In this document: in pieces, positions 20,380 to 29,319 of the stretch | Layout of the letters: every line of letters starts with the position of its first letter | How positions within the stretch are numbered: position 1 is the first letter of the stretch | Assembly: GCA_963789265.1 (NCBI GenBank) | Contig: CAWBKB010000001.1 | Location: 1,856,001 to 1,920,000 of the forward strand | Length of the DNA: 64,000 nucleotides | Origin: an uncultured delta proteobacterium | Lineage (GTDB): Bacteria; Desulfobacterota; Desulfomonilia; Desulfomonilales; Desulfomonilaceae | Direction of reading: 5' to 3' | The notes under the pieces: model-generated | Seen by the model: the letters and a program-made list of their open reading frames with translations, nothing else | Database searches by the model: none | What the model was told of the DNA's origin: nothing | Made by a program: the position numbers and the translations under genes

Positions 20380-20607
20380 TAAAGTACCGGTCTACTCTCA
20401 ATCGCCCCAATGGGGCTCAAATACTGGCGTCCCGTAGGGACCTGAGACAGTAGCCCGGTAATTCATTACCGGGGAAAAGGGTCATTCGTGGTACGATTTC
20501 GTCCAGTTCACGGGTTTTGAGACCGTTTCGAGACACCGGCCCTACTACGATCTCGGTAGGACCGGACTCTCGGGATGCCGGTCACAAAGTCCCCATTGAA
20601 CGCTTAC

Positions 20608-20625
20608 CTTATGACTTTATTAGCA
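20608..20625. promoter_or_regulatory. Second copy of candidate operator (CTTATGACTTTATTAGCA)
   Basis: 16/18 identical to 7156-7173; about 120 bp upstream of the 20745 gene. Confidence 0.45.
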
Positions 20626-20744
20626 CATTACTATTGCGCAAAATTAACCTTTGGCCGAGACTTCTTATGAAAAACACGGATGTTTGTCTTTAAAGTCTCT
20701 TAAACCATTTTTCTGGGTTTTGATAGGACGATTGGAGACTCCCT

Positions 20745-21338
20745 GTGAAAAACGACCCTCCTGTTCAGGTGGTCTTTGTGTGCGTCAGCAACCGCGGTCG
20801 GAGCGTTTTCGCTGAGTTCGCTTTTAGAAAGATGATCGGCGAACGAGATGGAAGGCTTCTTGAGCTGGTCTATGTGTCGTCCGCCGGCTTTATCCCTCGG
20901 GCCCTAAGAGGGCATGTGGCAAAACTGGGTATAAGCTTTCCCGAGCCCTTTTACAGCCGTCCCATGCCTGAAACGACACGTACTTTTTTGTCCGAGAGAG
21001 GCATAGTAGTCTCACCGGATTGGAGGTCGAAAGCGCTCACTTCAGTAATGGTGCAAGAGGCCAATCTCATTGTCACTGCCCTACCCCAGCAAAAAGAAGA
21101 CCTCCTTAATCTTTATCCGAATGCGAAGGGCGAGATTCTCACAATTAGAGAAATATCTCAATGGACCGGGTATCTTAGATTCGAGGATTTATCGGGACTC
21201 CCGACAGATGGTACGTACTGGAACTATGTCGAGGAAGATGCTGATTATGTTTCGGAAATACTCGTCGAGATGGAACAGAGCTTGACGCGGGCATTCCCGC
21301 ATATCCTCGGACGGCTCGGGCTTGGTGGCGATTCGTGA
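20745..21338 (+). CDS. Low-molecular-weight phosphatase / ArsC-like protein
   Basis: VFVCVSNRGRS P-loop (CX5R), VSSAG; GTG start with SD ggag. Confidence 0.8.
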   Translation: MKNDPPVQVVFVCVSNRGRSVFAEFAFRKMIGERDGRLLELVYVSSAGFIPRALRGHVAKLGISFPEPFYSRPMPETTRTFLSERGIVVSPDWRSKALTSVMVQEANLIVTALPQQKEDLLNLYPNAKGEILTIREISQWTGYLRFEDLSGLPTDGTYWNYVEEDADYVSEILVEMEQSLTRAFPHILGRLGLGGDS

Positions 21339-21440
21339 CCTCGTCTGATACGCAACAGGCAATAGTTCACCGCGGAGACCGCGGGGACCGCTGCACTGTT
21401 TGCCCGTCGAATTGTTACCAACGCAACTAGGAGGGTCTAC

Positions 21441-23072
21441 ATGGCGGACAAAAGTTATGATGCAGTGGTCGTAGGCGGAGGTCATCATGGCTTGATAACG
21501 GCTTGTTACCTGCAAATGGCGGGGATAAAAACTGCAATATTCGAATTGAAGCCGCATTTGGGAGGATCGGTGACCAGCGCGGAAGGGCCGGCACCGGGAT
21601 TCACTTTTAACGTCAGTTCCAGTTGGACACGCTTTTACGGCCACCCGGCCTACAGTGATTTCAATCTTCGAGAGAAAGGCCTGGAATACATTTTCCCCGA
21701 GGGGAATGAGGCCATGATTTTCGACAACGATACCTGCCTGATCGGTTACTCCGCCTTGAAAGTCGTTGACCCTCTGACCGGAAAGACCGAGATATCTCAC
21801 GAGAATTTGCAGAAGACTCTCAATGAAATCAGCCGGTTTTCCCAGAAAGATGCTGAGACCGCGGTAGAGCTTTTTCGAAGGTACATGAAGAAATGGAAAT
21901 CCGCGATGGGAGATTATCGGCTCCGGCCCCCGGTTCCATGGGGAAAAAAGAATGAATTGGAAAAGCTGTGTGACGACCCCGAGGACGGCATTGACCCCAT
22001 ATATCAGTTCATGACTACTCAGCAACTGGCCTATGATGTTTTCGAAAGCGAAGAACTGAGGACACTGTTTATCAGAGCAGCCATGACCTCTTTTGGCGGC
22101 GCCCCTCATGATGTTATCGGCCTACATGGCTTCATCCACGCCATCGGGTTGGTCCTTTCGTGGGAGCCTGCGGCCATTGCCAAAGGAGGCAGCCAGAGCA
22201 TATCGAATGCCCTGCAAGAGGCATTCACGCAAATGGGCGGCGAGTTCTTTTGCCGCAGCGACGTGGTCAAACTCGTAATCGAGAATAACAAGGCAAAAGG
22301 GATTCGACTGAAAGATGGAACGGAGATAAAAGCCGAGAAGCTCGTGGTCAGCGACCTGAGCGCTCTTCAATCCGTTCACCTTATTGGTGAAGAGCATCTT
22401 GATTCCAAGATTGTCAACCGTGTGAAAAACATCAGATATGATCGGCACACTATTGTTTGGGCTATGGTCGCCATGCACGAGTTGCCGCAGTACAAGGCGG
22501 CTTCATTTAACTCGGACTGCGGATCGCAACCCAGGATGTACATAGGACCGCGAAACGCAGATTACATGGCGAACCAATACCTTTCCGAGATATTCGTTAA
22601 AGGTATCGCAGACCGGCTCTTCATGTTTGTTGGTCCTGACAGCATCTGGGATAGCTCCAGGGCCCCTGAAGGCAAGCATATCATTGGGATTGAGGAATTC
22701 TCCGCGCCTGCAAGATTCTTTTCCCCAACCAAGTGGCAAGATCTGAGAAATCAGTTTGAAGCCGCCATCATCAGAGAGTGGCAGAAATACGCTCCGAACA
22801 TGACCAGGGAGAATGTTATCGCCAGTCAGATTGTTACCCCCTACGATATTCAATTGACCCACCCGAACATGCATGAAGGGTCCATAGCCTGCGGAGACAT
22901 GATCGTCTCTCAGATGGATCGATTTCGTCCAACTCCGGAACTATCAGGTTACAGGACGCCCATAAAGAACTTCTATCTGTGTTCCTCCGCCTGCCACAAT
23001 GGAATCGGTACGGGGCGAGGTTCTTCTTACAACTGTTATCAGGTGATCCGAGAGGACTTTTCTTTGAAGTGA
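21441..23072 (+). CDS. FAD-dependent oxidoreductase, phytoene dehydrogenase-like (COG1233)
   Basis: YDAVVVGGGHHGL..A.YL, AKGGSQSI, YRTPIKNFYLC...H.G.G. Confidence 0.9.
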   Translation: MADKSYDAVVVGGGHHGLITACYLQMAGIKTAIFELKPHLGGSVTSAEGPAPGFTFNVSSSWTRFYGHPAYSDFNLREKGLEYIFPEGNEAMIFDNDTCLIGYSALKVVDPLTGKTEISHENLQKTLNEISRFSQKDAETAVELFRRYMKKWKSAMGDYRLRPPVPWGKKNELEKLCDDPEDGIDPIYQFMTTQQLAYDVFESEELRTLFIRAAMTSFGGAPHDVIGLHGFIHAIGLVLSWEPAAIAKGGSQSISNALQEAFTQMGGEFFCRSDVVKLVIENNKAKGIRLKDGTEIKAEKLVVSDLSALQSVHLIGEEHLDSKIVNRVKNIRYDRHTIVWAMVAMHELPQYKAASFNSDCGSQPRMYIGPRNADYMANQYLSEIFVKGIADRLFMFVGPDSIWDSSRAPEGKHIIGIEEFSAPARFFSPTKWQDLRNQFEAAIIREWQKYAPNMTRENVIASQIVTPYDIQLTHPNMHEGSIACGDMIVSQMDRFRPTPELSGYRTPIKNFYLCSSACHNGIGTGRGSSYNCYQVIREDFSLK

Positions 23073-23305
23073 GACTCGATAGCGATATGTCCACCGCCGC
23101 GAGGTCGTATAAATCAGGTACAGATTGTTATGGTTTACACCGAGAAAATCAACCGCAATCCATTCTTGCCGATTAAATAGGCGTGCCTCGCTCGCTCCCT
23201 CTGGAAGTTGCATAAGCTGTACGGGACGCTGCCGGGTTCGCGAACAAGCTGGTATGACAATACATTTCATGGCCTTGCTCCCGGCTAATGCGAGGAAACA
23301 AGTGG

Positions 23306-24049
23306 ATGAGACTCAAAGATAAGGTGGCCATTGTCACGGGGGCTGCCAAGGGACTTGGAAGAACCTTCGCTATTGCTCTCGCGAGAGAGGGCGCAAAGAT
23401 CATGGCTGTTGATATCGCAGACCCTGCGGAAGTGACAACAGATATCGAATCAGGCGGAGGTGTGGCCAAAGGTTTGCGGGCCGACGTTTCCATCGAAAAG
23501 GAGACCCTCAAGATCGCACGGGAAACAGTAAATGCCTTTGGAAGGATTGACATACTAATCAACAATGCCGCTATCGTTCAAGGGTTGGTTCGAAAACCTT
23601 TCTATGAAATCGAACCGAACGAGTGGGACCGGCTGATGCTGGTGAATCTCAAAGGCCCCTGGCTATGTACAAGGGCCGTATTCCCCTACATGAAGCAGCA
23701 GGGAAAAGGAAAGATAATCAACCTTTCCTCGGAGACTTTCTTCACCGGGTCTCACGGTTTGGTCCACTATGTGGCCTCAAAGGGCGGAATAGTCGGGTTA
23801 ACGAGAGCCCTTGCCATTGAATTGGGTCCCCACAATATCAACATCAACGCTGTTGCACCCGGATTTACAGATACTGAATCTAGCCGATCCATCGCAGATA
23901 TCTCCAAATACGATGTCACTCGGACACCTTTGGGTCGATTGCAGCAGCCCGACGATCTCGTTGGGGCAGTTATCTTTCTTGCCTCTGATGAAAGCGATTT
24001 CATCACCGGCCAAACTCTGTTGGTGGACGGAGGGAGGGTCATGCATTAG
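23306..24049 (+). CDS. SDR family oxidoreductase (secondary-alcohol dehydrogenase-like)
   Basis: TGAAKGLG, NNAA, HYVASKG, FITGQTLLVDGG. Confidence 0.92.
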   Translation: MRLKDKVAIVTGAAKGLGRTFAIALAREGAKIMAVDIADPAEVTTDIESGGGVAKGLRADVSIEKETLKIARETVNAFGRIDILINNAAIVQGLVRKPFYEIEPNEWDRLMLVNLKGPWLCTRAVFPYMKQQGKGKIINLSSETFFTGSHGLVHYVASKGGIVGLTRALAIELGPHNININAVAPGFTDTESSRSIADISKYDVTRTPLGRLQQPDDLVGAVIFLASDESDFITGQTLLVDGGRVMH

Positions 24050-24107
24050 TCCTCGCTGTGTTTGCAGGGATTGCGAAAAGTAATGTCCGTTTGAGGCGGA
24101 GGGGCAG

Positions 24108-25139
24108 ATGAGTTCAGAAAAACTATTCTTTTGGTTTGAGGAGCTGCGAGACACACACAACGACCTCGTGGGGAAGAAGTGCGCAAATCTCGGTCAAATG
24201 ATTCACTTGGGATTGGAAGTCCCGCCGGGCTTCGCGATATCCATCGACGCTTATCTGAAATTCATTCGTGAAACGGGCGCTGCGGCGGAAATGTCTCGAT
24301 ATGTGGAGGCCCTGGGCGAATTGAAAGGGCAAGGTATCGGCGTTTTCGAGGAAATCAGTCAAACGATCCAAGGCATCATTGAGAAAACAGAGATGCCCGA
24401 GGGGGTGCAAGGGCCGATAATAGATTATTACGACAGGCTTTGCGACAAAGTGGGGATTCCCGATATGCCCGTGTCGGTCAGATCGGCAGGCACGGAAAGC
24501 AGACCGGGCCTCTTCGAAACCTATCTCAATGTCAAGGGCATTGACGACGTGTTGGATAAGGTGAAGAAAGTTTGGGCCAGTGCGTACACGACCAGAGCGG
24601 TGGCATTCAGGATAAACAAAGGCTTGCCGGTTGTGGGAGACGAACTGGGGGTTGCGGTTCCAAAGATGGTCAATTCGCGCTCGTCCGGAATTTGTTTTAC
24701 GGCCAACCCTGTCACAGGCGATCACTCGAAGATCATTCTCGAAGCCAACTGGGGACTGGGAGAAGGCGTGGTCAGTGGAGCCGAAAGCGTTGATGGGTTC
24801 GTCGTTGACAAGGAATCGCTGCAAATTACGAACGTTCAGATAGGCAGAAAAGCTACGTGCGTAGTGAATCGGGAGAAAGGCGCTGCATGGGCTGATGTTC
24901 CTAAAAAAATGCAGAGTATCTCCTGCATAAGCGATGAAGAAGTCATCGAAATAGCCAGGGTGGCGAGGTCCGTCGAGACAAAATTAGGGCGTCCGCAGGA
25001 CATGGAATGGGCCATCGACAACGATCTCCCCTTCCCCAAGAGCATCTTTTGGCTTCAGACGCGGCCTGCAAAAGTTAAGGCCGCAGCTCCCGTATCAACC
25101 ACAGACCAGATCATCAACATGATGATCAGAAGACTGTGA
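24108..25139 (+). CDS. PEP/pyruvate-binding (ATP-grasp) domain protein (phenylphosphate synthase beta/CreI-like)
   Basis: VGKKCANLG, VPPGFAI, SVRSAG, WGLGEGVVSG, PQDMEWAI, WLQTRP; ends before the His domain. Confidence 0.88.
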   Translation: MSSEKLFFWFEELRDTHNDLVGKKCANLGQMIHLGLEVPPGFAISIDAYLKFIRETGAAAEMSRYVEALGELKGQGIGVFEEISQTIQGIIEKTEMPEGVQGPIIDYYDRLCDKVGIPDMPVSVRSAGTESRPGLFETYLNVKGIDDVLDKVKKVWASAYTTRAVAFRINKGLPVVGDELGVAVPKMVNSRSSGICFTANPVTGDHSKIILEANWGLGEGVVSGAESVDGFVVDKESLQITNVQIGRKATCVVNREKGAAWADVPKKMQSISCISDEEVIEIARVARSVETKLGRPQDMEWAIDNDLPFPKSIFWLQTRPAKVKAAAPVSTTDQIINMMIRRL

Positions 25140-25474
25140 GTCATCCCGGCCGCCGGTCCGTCGGTGTGAAAGCAAGTATCTTTTGGAATTCATCTGTGCG
25201 AAAGAATGAGGGCTGACCTCATGGCAAGCCGTTGGGTGGTATTTTCAATAAGAAACGTCGTCTATAGAAATGTCGAGCCCATGCCTTGACGCGGAGAATG
25301 CCTAAGGTCTTCTTTTTTTTGCAAGAAGAGGTGCGGGAAGATGTACAGAGCGGAGTAGACTACCCTTGATCAAAGCCGATCCTGATCGGGATCGGACATC
25401 TTCTAAACTTGACCGAATAGTCATGAGTGAGGTTAAATATAATTCGGGAATAGTGTTGCGGAGGTGACACAAAC

Positions 25475-25972
25475 ATGGGCGAGGAAAGTCCTTTGAAAGG
25501 TAAGGTGGTACTCGTAGTTGACGACGAACCCGATGTTCTCGACACAGTGGAAGAAACGCTCACCATGTGCGTGGTTCACAAGGCAGGCGATTTCGACACT
25601 GCCCTCAGTCTGCTGCAAAAGAATACCTACGATCTGGTTATCTTGGATATTATGGGGGTACGAGGCTTCGAACTTCTCGAGCATTCCGCGGCCAGAGGTT
25701 TTGTGACTGTCATGTTGACGGCGCACGCCGCAACCACCGAGGCATTACGAAAATCGATTAAACTTGGGGCTGCATCTTTTGTTCCCAAAGAATACATGGG
25801 AGAGCTGAGAGAGGTGCTGGAAGACATTCTTCGCGGCGAGGGACAGCGTTTCTGGTGGGCAAAGTCTTTTGATAGGACAAATGCCTACTTTTCCAGAGCG
25901 CTGGGCTCCGACTGGAAGGAAAAAGACGCATTCTTCAAGGAGTTTGCAGAAAAGCTGAAGCACAAGGAATAA
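25475..25972 (+). CDS. Response regulator receiver protein
   Basis: VLVVDDE, ILDIMG, MLTA, VPK; SD ggaggt. Confidence 0.9.
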   Translation: MGEESPLKGKVVLVVDDEPDVLDTVEETLTMCVVHKAGDFDTALSLLQKNTYDLVILDIMGVRGFELLEHSAARGFVTVMLTAHAATTEALRKSIKLGAASFVPKEYMGELREVLEDILRGEGQRFWWAKSFDRTNAYFSRALGSDWKEKDAFFKEFAEKLKHKE

Positions 25973-26045
25973 AAAACTCTTCGGAATTATTCACTTGCCA
26001 AAGGTTCACCAATTCTTAGGATAGGGCAGAAAAGGAAGTGCGTGA

Positions 26046-26648
26046 ATGCTTAAAACATCCTGGATACTGGCGCTGACTGAGGTTTTGCTCTTACTCCTCC
26101 TCGGTCATGGCTTTGGTGCTGAATTGCCGCCAGTGCCTACTCCGGAATGGTCTAAGGTTCACTACGATCCGAAACTTACAGAGGATACATCAATTTTTTT
26201 CCGTTTATTACAATCGATTGTACCACCCTCGTGGAAAGAGTTTTGGCAAACGGACAAGTGCTATTTCACCTCTTCCGGGATTCCGGCCACGTGTGGATTC
26301 AGGATATGGCTAATCAATAAAACTACACGAGCGCATGATATCGGCTTCGACATCGTGAAACAGGAGCCAGACCCGACGATGCCTAGTTGTCTGGAGGACT
26401 GTATTGAAAGGCTATCAGTTAAAATTATGGACGGAAGATTCACGTGTTCTTATTTTAATAGCTGCTGCTGGCGCTACCTGAGTTCACATGTGAAACGGCA
26501 AGAGTTGACTATGGACAAGCAGACGTACCGAATGCGGGACGTCATCACGGGGAGGATTGACTTTGAGTGCTTGGCGGAGTGTCCTCAATGTCAAGATAAA
26601 CCGGAGCCCGTCATCGTCAAAGGAGTCTTCAAAACGATTCTGAAATGA
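26046..26648 (+). CDS. Hypothetical exported Cys-rich protein
   Basis: N-terminal hydrophobic signal-like stretch; ORF fills the gap between co-oriented genes; no recognised family. Confidence 0.55.
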   Translation: MLKTSWILALTEVLLLLLLGHGFGAELPPVPTPEWSKVHYDPKLTEDTSIFFRLLQSIVPPSWKEFWQTDKCYFTSSGIPATCGFRIWLINKTTRAHDIGFDIVKQEPDPTMPSCLEDCIERLSVKIMDGRFTCSYFNSCCWRYLSSHVKRQELTMDKQTYRMRDVITGRIDFECLAECPQCQDKPEPVIVKGVFKTILK

Positions 26649-26753
26649 CCGTAAACAGCGAGGTTGCGGGGCAATATGTTTTGGAAGATTCAGTCGGTCT
26701 GACGAACCGCCTTTGCCAAGTGCATAGTTCCGAAACTCTTTAGGGCCGGTACC

Positions 26754-27659
26754 ATGAAGCTGACCGCGGATTGTATTGTATGTAACCTGAAGGCCGCCGT
26801 TATGGCGATTCGTGAACTGACGACCGAAGAAGGCGCGGAGAGGCAACTCGTAGCCGAAATTATGCAGATCCCTGCTATGAGAGGCCTTGACTGGAGCATA
26901 ACAGGGTCGCAATTGGTCGAAGAGATGGTCAATAGAATCACTGCCGTCTTTGGAAGCCGCGATCCTTTCCGGCGCCGGAAAGAGAACCAGAACCGGAGGT
27001 GTCTCGAGTTGTACCCGCGGCTGAAAAGCCTCGTGGACGATTCCGAGGATCCACTCTTTGTGGCGGTGAATCTCGCTATTTCGGGAAATTCGATCGATCC
27101 GATGGGATATCTGAGTTGGCAGGACTTGGAAAAGGAGATACAAGGAATTCTTGGAAATCCTGTCCCACGAAGTAATTTTATGGACCTGAAAGACCGATTG
27201 GAACAGAGTAGGCTGGCCATTTACCTTGGGGACAACTGTGGTGAGATTGTCTTTGACAAACTGCTCATAGAAACCATCAAGGCGCAGCATGAGATTGATG
27301 TGGCATTTGTAGTCCGGAGCCTCCCCACTCTCAATGACGCCACTCTCGCAGATGCCAAGTTCGTCGGGATGAGTGACACCGCCACTGTAATGGAAAACGG
27401 TATCGACGGACCTTTACCCGGAACAATCCTGTCGAGATGTTCGGAGCAATTGCAGAGACTGTGGACCGACGCCGATCTGGTCATCTCCAAAGGTGGGGGC
27501 AACTTCGACAGCCTCGATGAGCAAAAGAACATTACAACCCCAATCTATTACATGCTCATGTGCAAATGTGCTCCCTACTCAAACTATTTCAATATTCCCC
27601 TAAATAGTCCTATACTGTTCAGAGCGCTATCGACGGCTGAAGGCGCAGGTAAGGCGTAA
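26754..27659 (+). CDS. ARMT1-like / DUF89 damage-control phosphatase
   Basis: N-terminal CIVC, GNSID, YLGDNCGEIVFD, NDAT, ISKGGGNFDSL, CKC. Confidence 0.9.
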   Translation: MKLTADCIVCNLKAAVMAIRELTTEEGAERQLVAEIMQIPAMRGLDWSITGSQLVEEMVNRITAVFGSRDPFRRRKENQNRRCLELYPRLKSLVDDSEDPLFVAVNLAISGNSIDPMGYLSWQDLEKEIQGILGNPVPRSNFMDLKDRLEQSRLAIYLGDNCGEIVFDKLLIETIKAQHEIDVAFVVRSLPTLNDATLADAKFVGMSDTATVMENGIDGPLPGTILSRCSEQLQRLWTDADLVISKGGGNFDSLDEQKNITTPIYYMLMCKCAPYSNYFNIPLNSPILFRALSTAEGAGKA

Positions 27660-27708
27660 TTATCTCCGCTTTGAAAGTCCCGTTGCCAATAAAATCGGAT
27701 TAGCTTGC

Positions 27709-28287
27709 ATGCATGAAACCTTTCTGAAAATATTTGATTTGGCCCGCCCGTTCCTCGACACTCGAGAAAACGAAGAACACGCTAAGATTGCATACAATTT
27801 CGCGGCGCGATTGCTGGACGAGGAGACGGGCGACGCTGACGTGATCTTCCCTGCGGTAATCCTTCACGATGTGGGCTGGAAGAGCATTCCCGAGCAGCTT
27901 CAAATTACGGCCTACGGTCCCGGCAATAAAGACAGGGACCTCAACAGGGTTCACGAGCGGGAAGGCGCAAGAATAGCCGGAGAGATACTCGAGAAGGTCA
28001 ACTACCCGAGGCACCTGATGGTAGAGATCACAGAGATCGTTTTGGGACATGACTCAAGGCAGGAATCGATCTCCGTCAACGACGCGATCGTCAAAGATTC
28101 CGATAAATTGTGGCGATACTCGCAGCATGGGATCAGTGTCCTTATGGAGCGATTCGAAATGTCCTTTCCTCAGTACCTGGATCGCCTGAGGAACAACCTT
28201 GAGAACTGGATGTTAACACGGACCGGCGCAAGAATTGCCGGAGAAGAGCTGCGGTTGCGCGAACAGAGCCTGGAACGGGCGGGATGA
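27709..28287 (+). CDS. HD-domain phosphohydrolase
   Basis: H...ILHDVGW, HEREGA, HD, DSDKLWRY. Confidence 0.88.
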   Translation: MHETFLKIFDLARPFLDTRENEEHAKIAYNFAARLLDEETGDADVIFPAVILHDVGWKSIPEQLQITAYGPGNKDRDLNRVHEREGARIAGEILEKVNYPRHLMVEITEIVLGHDSRQESISVNDAIVKDSDKLWRYSQHGISVLMERFEMSFPQYLDRLRNNLENWMLTRTGARIAGEELRLREQSLERAG

Positions 28288-28299
28288 CGAGGGGGCGTC

Positions 28300-29307
28300 A
28301 TGAAATCTTACGCTATCGAATCCGAATTCGGCATTGACAAGTTGAAAATGCTGGAGCGCGACGTACCGAAGCCCGGCTTCGGACGCGTTCTGGTCCAAAT
28401 GAAAGCGGCATCACTCAATTACCGCGATCTTATGGTGATCACCGGTAAGTATTCACGCGGGCTGCCGCTTCCGCTTATTCCGTTCTCCGATGGAGCGGGC
28501 GAAGTAGTGGAAGTCGGCGAGGGCGTGGAACACTGGAAACCTGGCGACAGGGTTGCGGGGATTTTCTTCCAAACCTGGCTTTCCGGCAAGATTGACGAAA
28601 GCGTGGCGAAGTCCGCCCTTGGAGGAGCTATCGACGGTGTCCTGGCTGAATTTGTGGAGTTTCGCGAAGACGGCCTGGTGGAGATACCACCCCACCTGTC
28701 CTATGAAGAAGGAGCCACTCTCCCCTGCGCCGCTGTCACTGCCTGGCACGCGCTCACCAGTGGAGGGCTTACGTGCGGCCAAAGCGTTCTGACTCTGGGC
28801 AGCGGCGGTGTATCGACTTTTGCCCTACTGTTTGCCAAAGCAGCCGGCGCTCAGATCATTGTCACCTCCAGCAGCGAGCAAAAGATGCATCGAATGATAG
28901 ATATGGGGGCGAGTCACGGGGTTAACTACAAGACCCTTCCGGACTGGGAGAAAAGTGTGATCGAACTCACTCAGGGGATCGGCGTTGACATTGTCGTCGA
29001 AGTTGGAGGCGCGGGAACATTCGGAAAATCCCTGCAAGCCGTTCGTTGCGGAGGACATATCAGCTTGATCGGGGTACTGTCAGGTCGATCCGGCGCGGCC
29101 GATCCAATGCCTGCGATCAGGAAGAGTGCGCGGATTCAGGGTATCTTCGTCGGTTCCAGGGAGATGTTCCTGGCAATGAACCGGGCTGTGACGCTACATC
29201 GGATTCGGCCGGTAATTGACCGAGTTTTCCCATTCGAAGCGGTCAGGGAAGCCCTTCGTTATATGGAAAGCGGGGCTCATTTCGGAAAGCTCGTCGTGCG
29301 CTTCTGA
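28300..29307 (+). CDS. NAD(P)-dependent alcohol dehydrogenase (MDR family)
   Basis: SLNYRDL, SDGAGEV, LPCAAVTAW, GSGGVS, HFGKLV. Confidence 0.92.
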   Translation: MKSYAIESEFGIDKLKMLERDVPKPGFGRVLVQMKAASLNYRDLMVITGKYSRGLPLPLIPFSDGAGEVVEVGEGVEHWKPGDRVAGIFFQTWLSGKIDESVAKSALGGAIDGVLAEFVEFREDGLVEIPPHLSYEEGATLPCAAVTAWHALTSGGLTCGQSVLTLGSGGVSTFALLFAKAAGAQIIVTSSSEQKMHRMIDMGASHGVNYKTLPDWEKSVIELTQGIGVDIVVEVGGAGTFGKSLQAVRCGGHISLIGVLSGRSGAADPMPAIRKSARIQGIFVGSREMFLAMNRAVTLHRIRPVIDRVFPFEAVREALRYMESGAHFGKLVVRF

Positions 29308-29319
29308 CCCGAATCTTAG

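Larger units (their letters stand above)
18642..20529. mobile_element. IS1182-derived MITE (about 208 bp without the insert) hosting a full IS1182
   Basis: Terminal IRs GAAAGTGTCTCGAAAC (18642) and GTTTTGAGACCGTTTC (20514-20529); 4-bp direct repeat GAGA at 18638-18641 and 20530-20533. Confidence 0.65.

Noticed and set aside
24108..25139. Truncated PEP synthase pseudogene
   Set aside because: Ends cleanly after the ATP-grasp domain and a complementary His-domain gene is present at 11619
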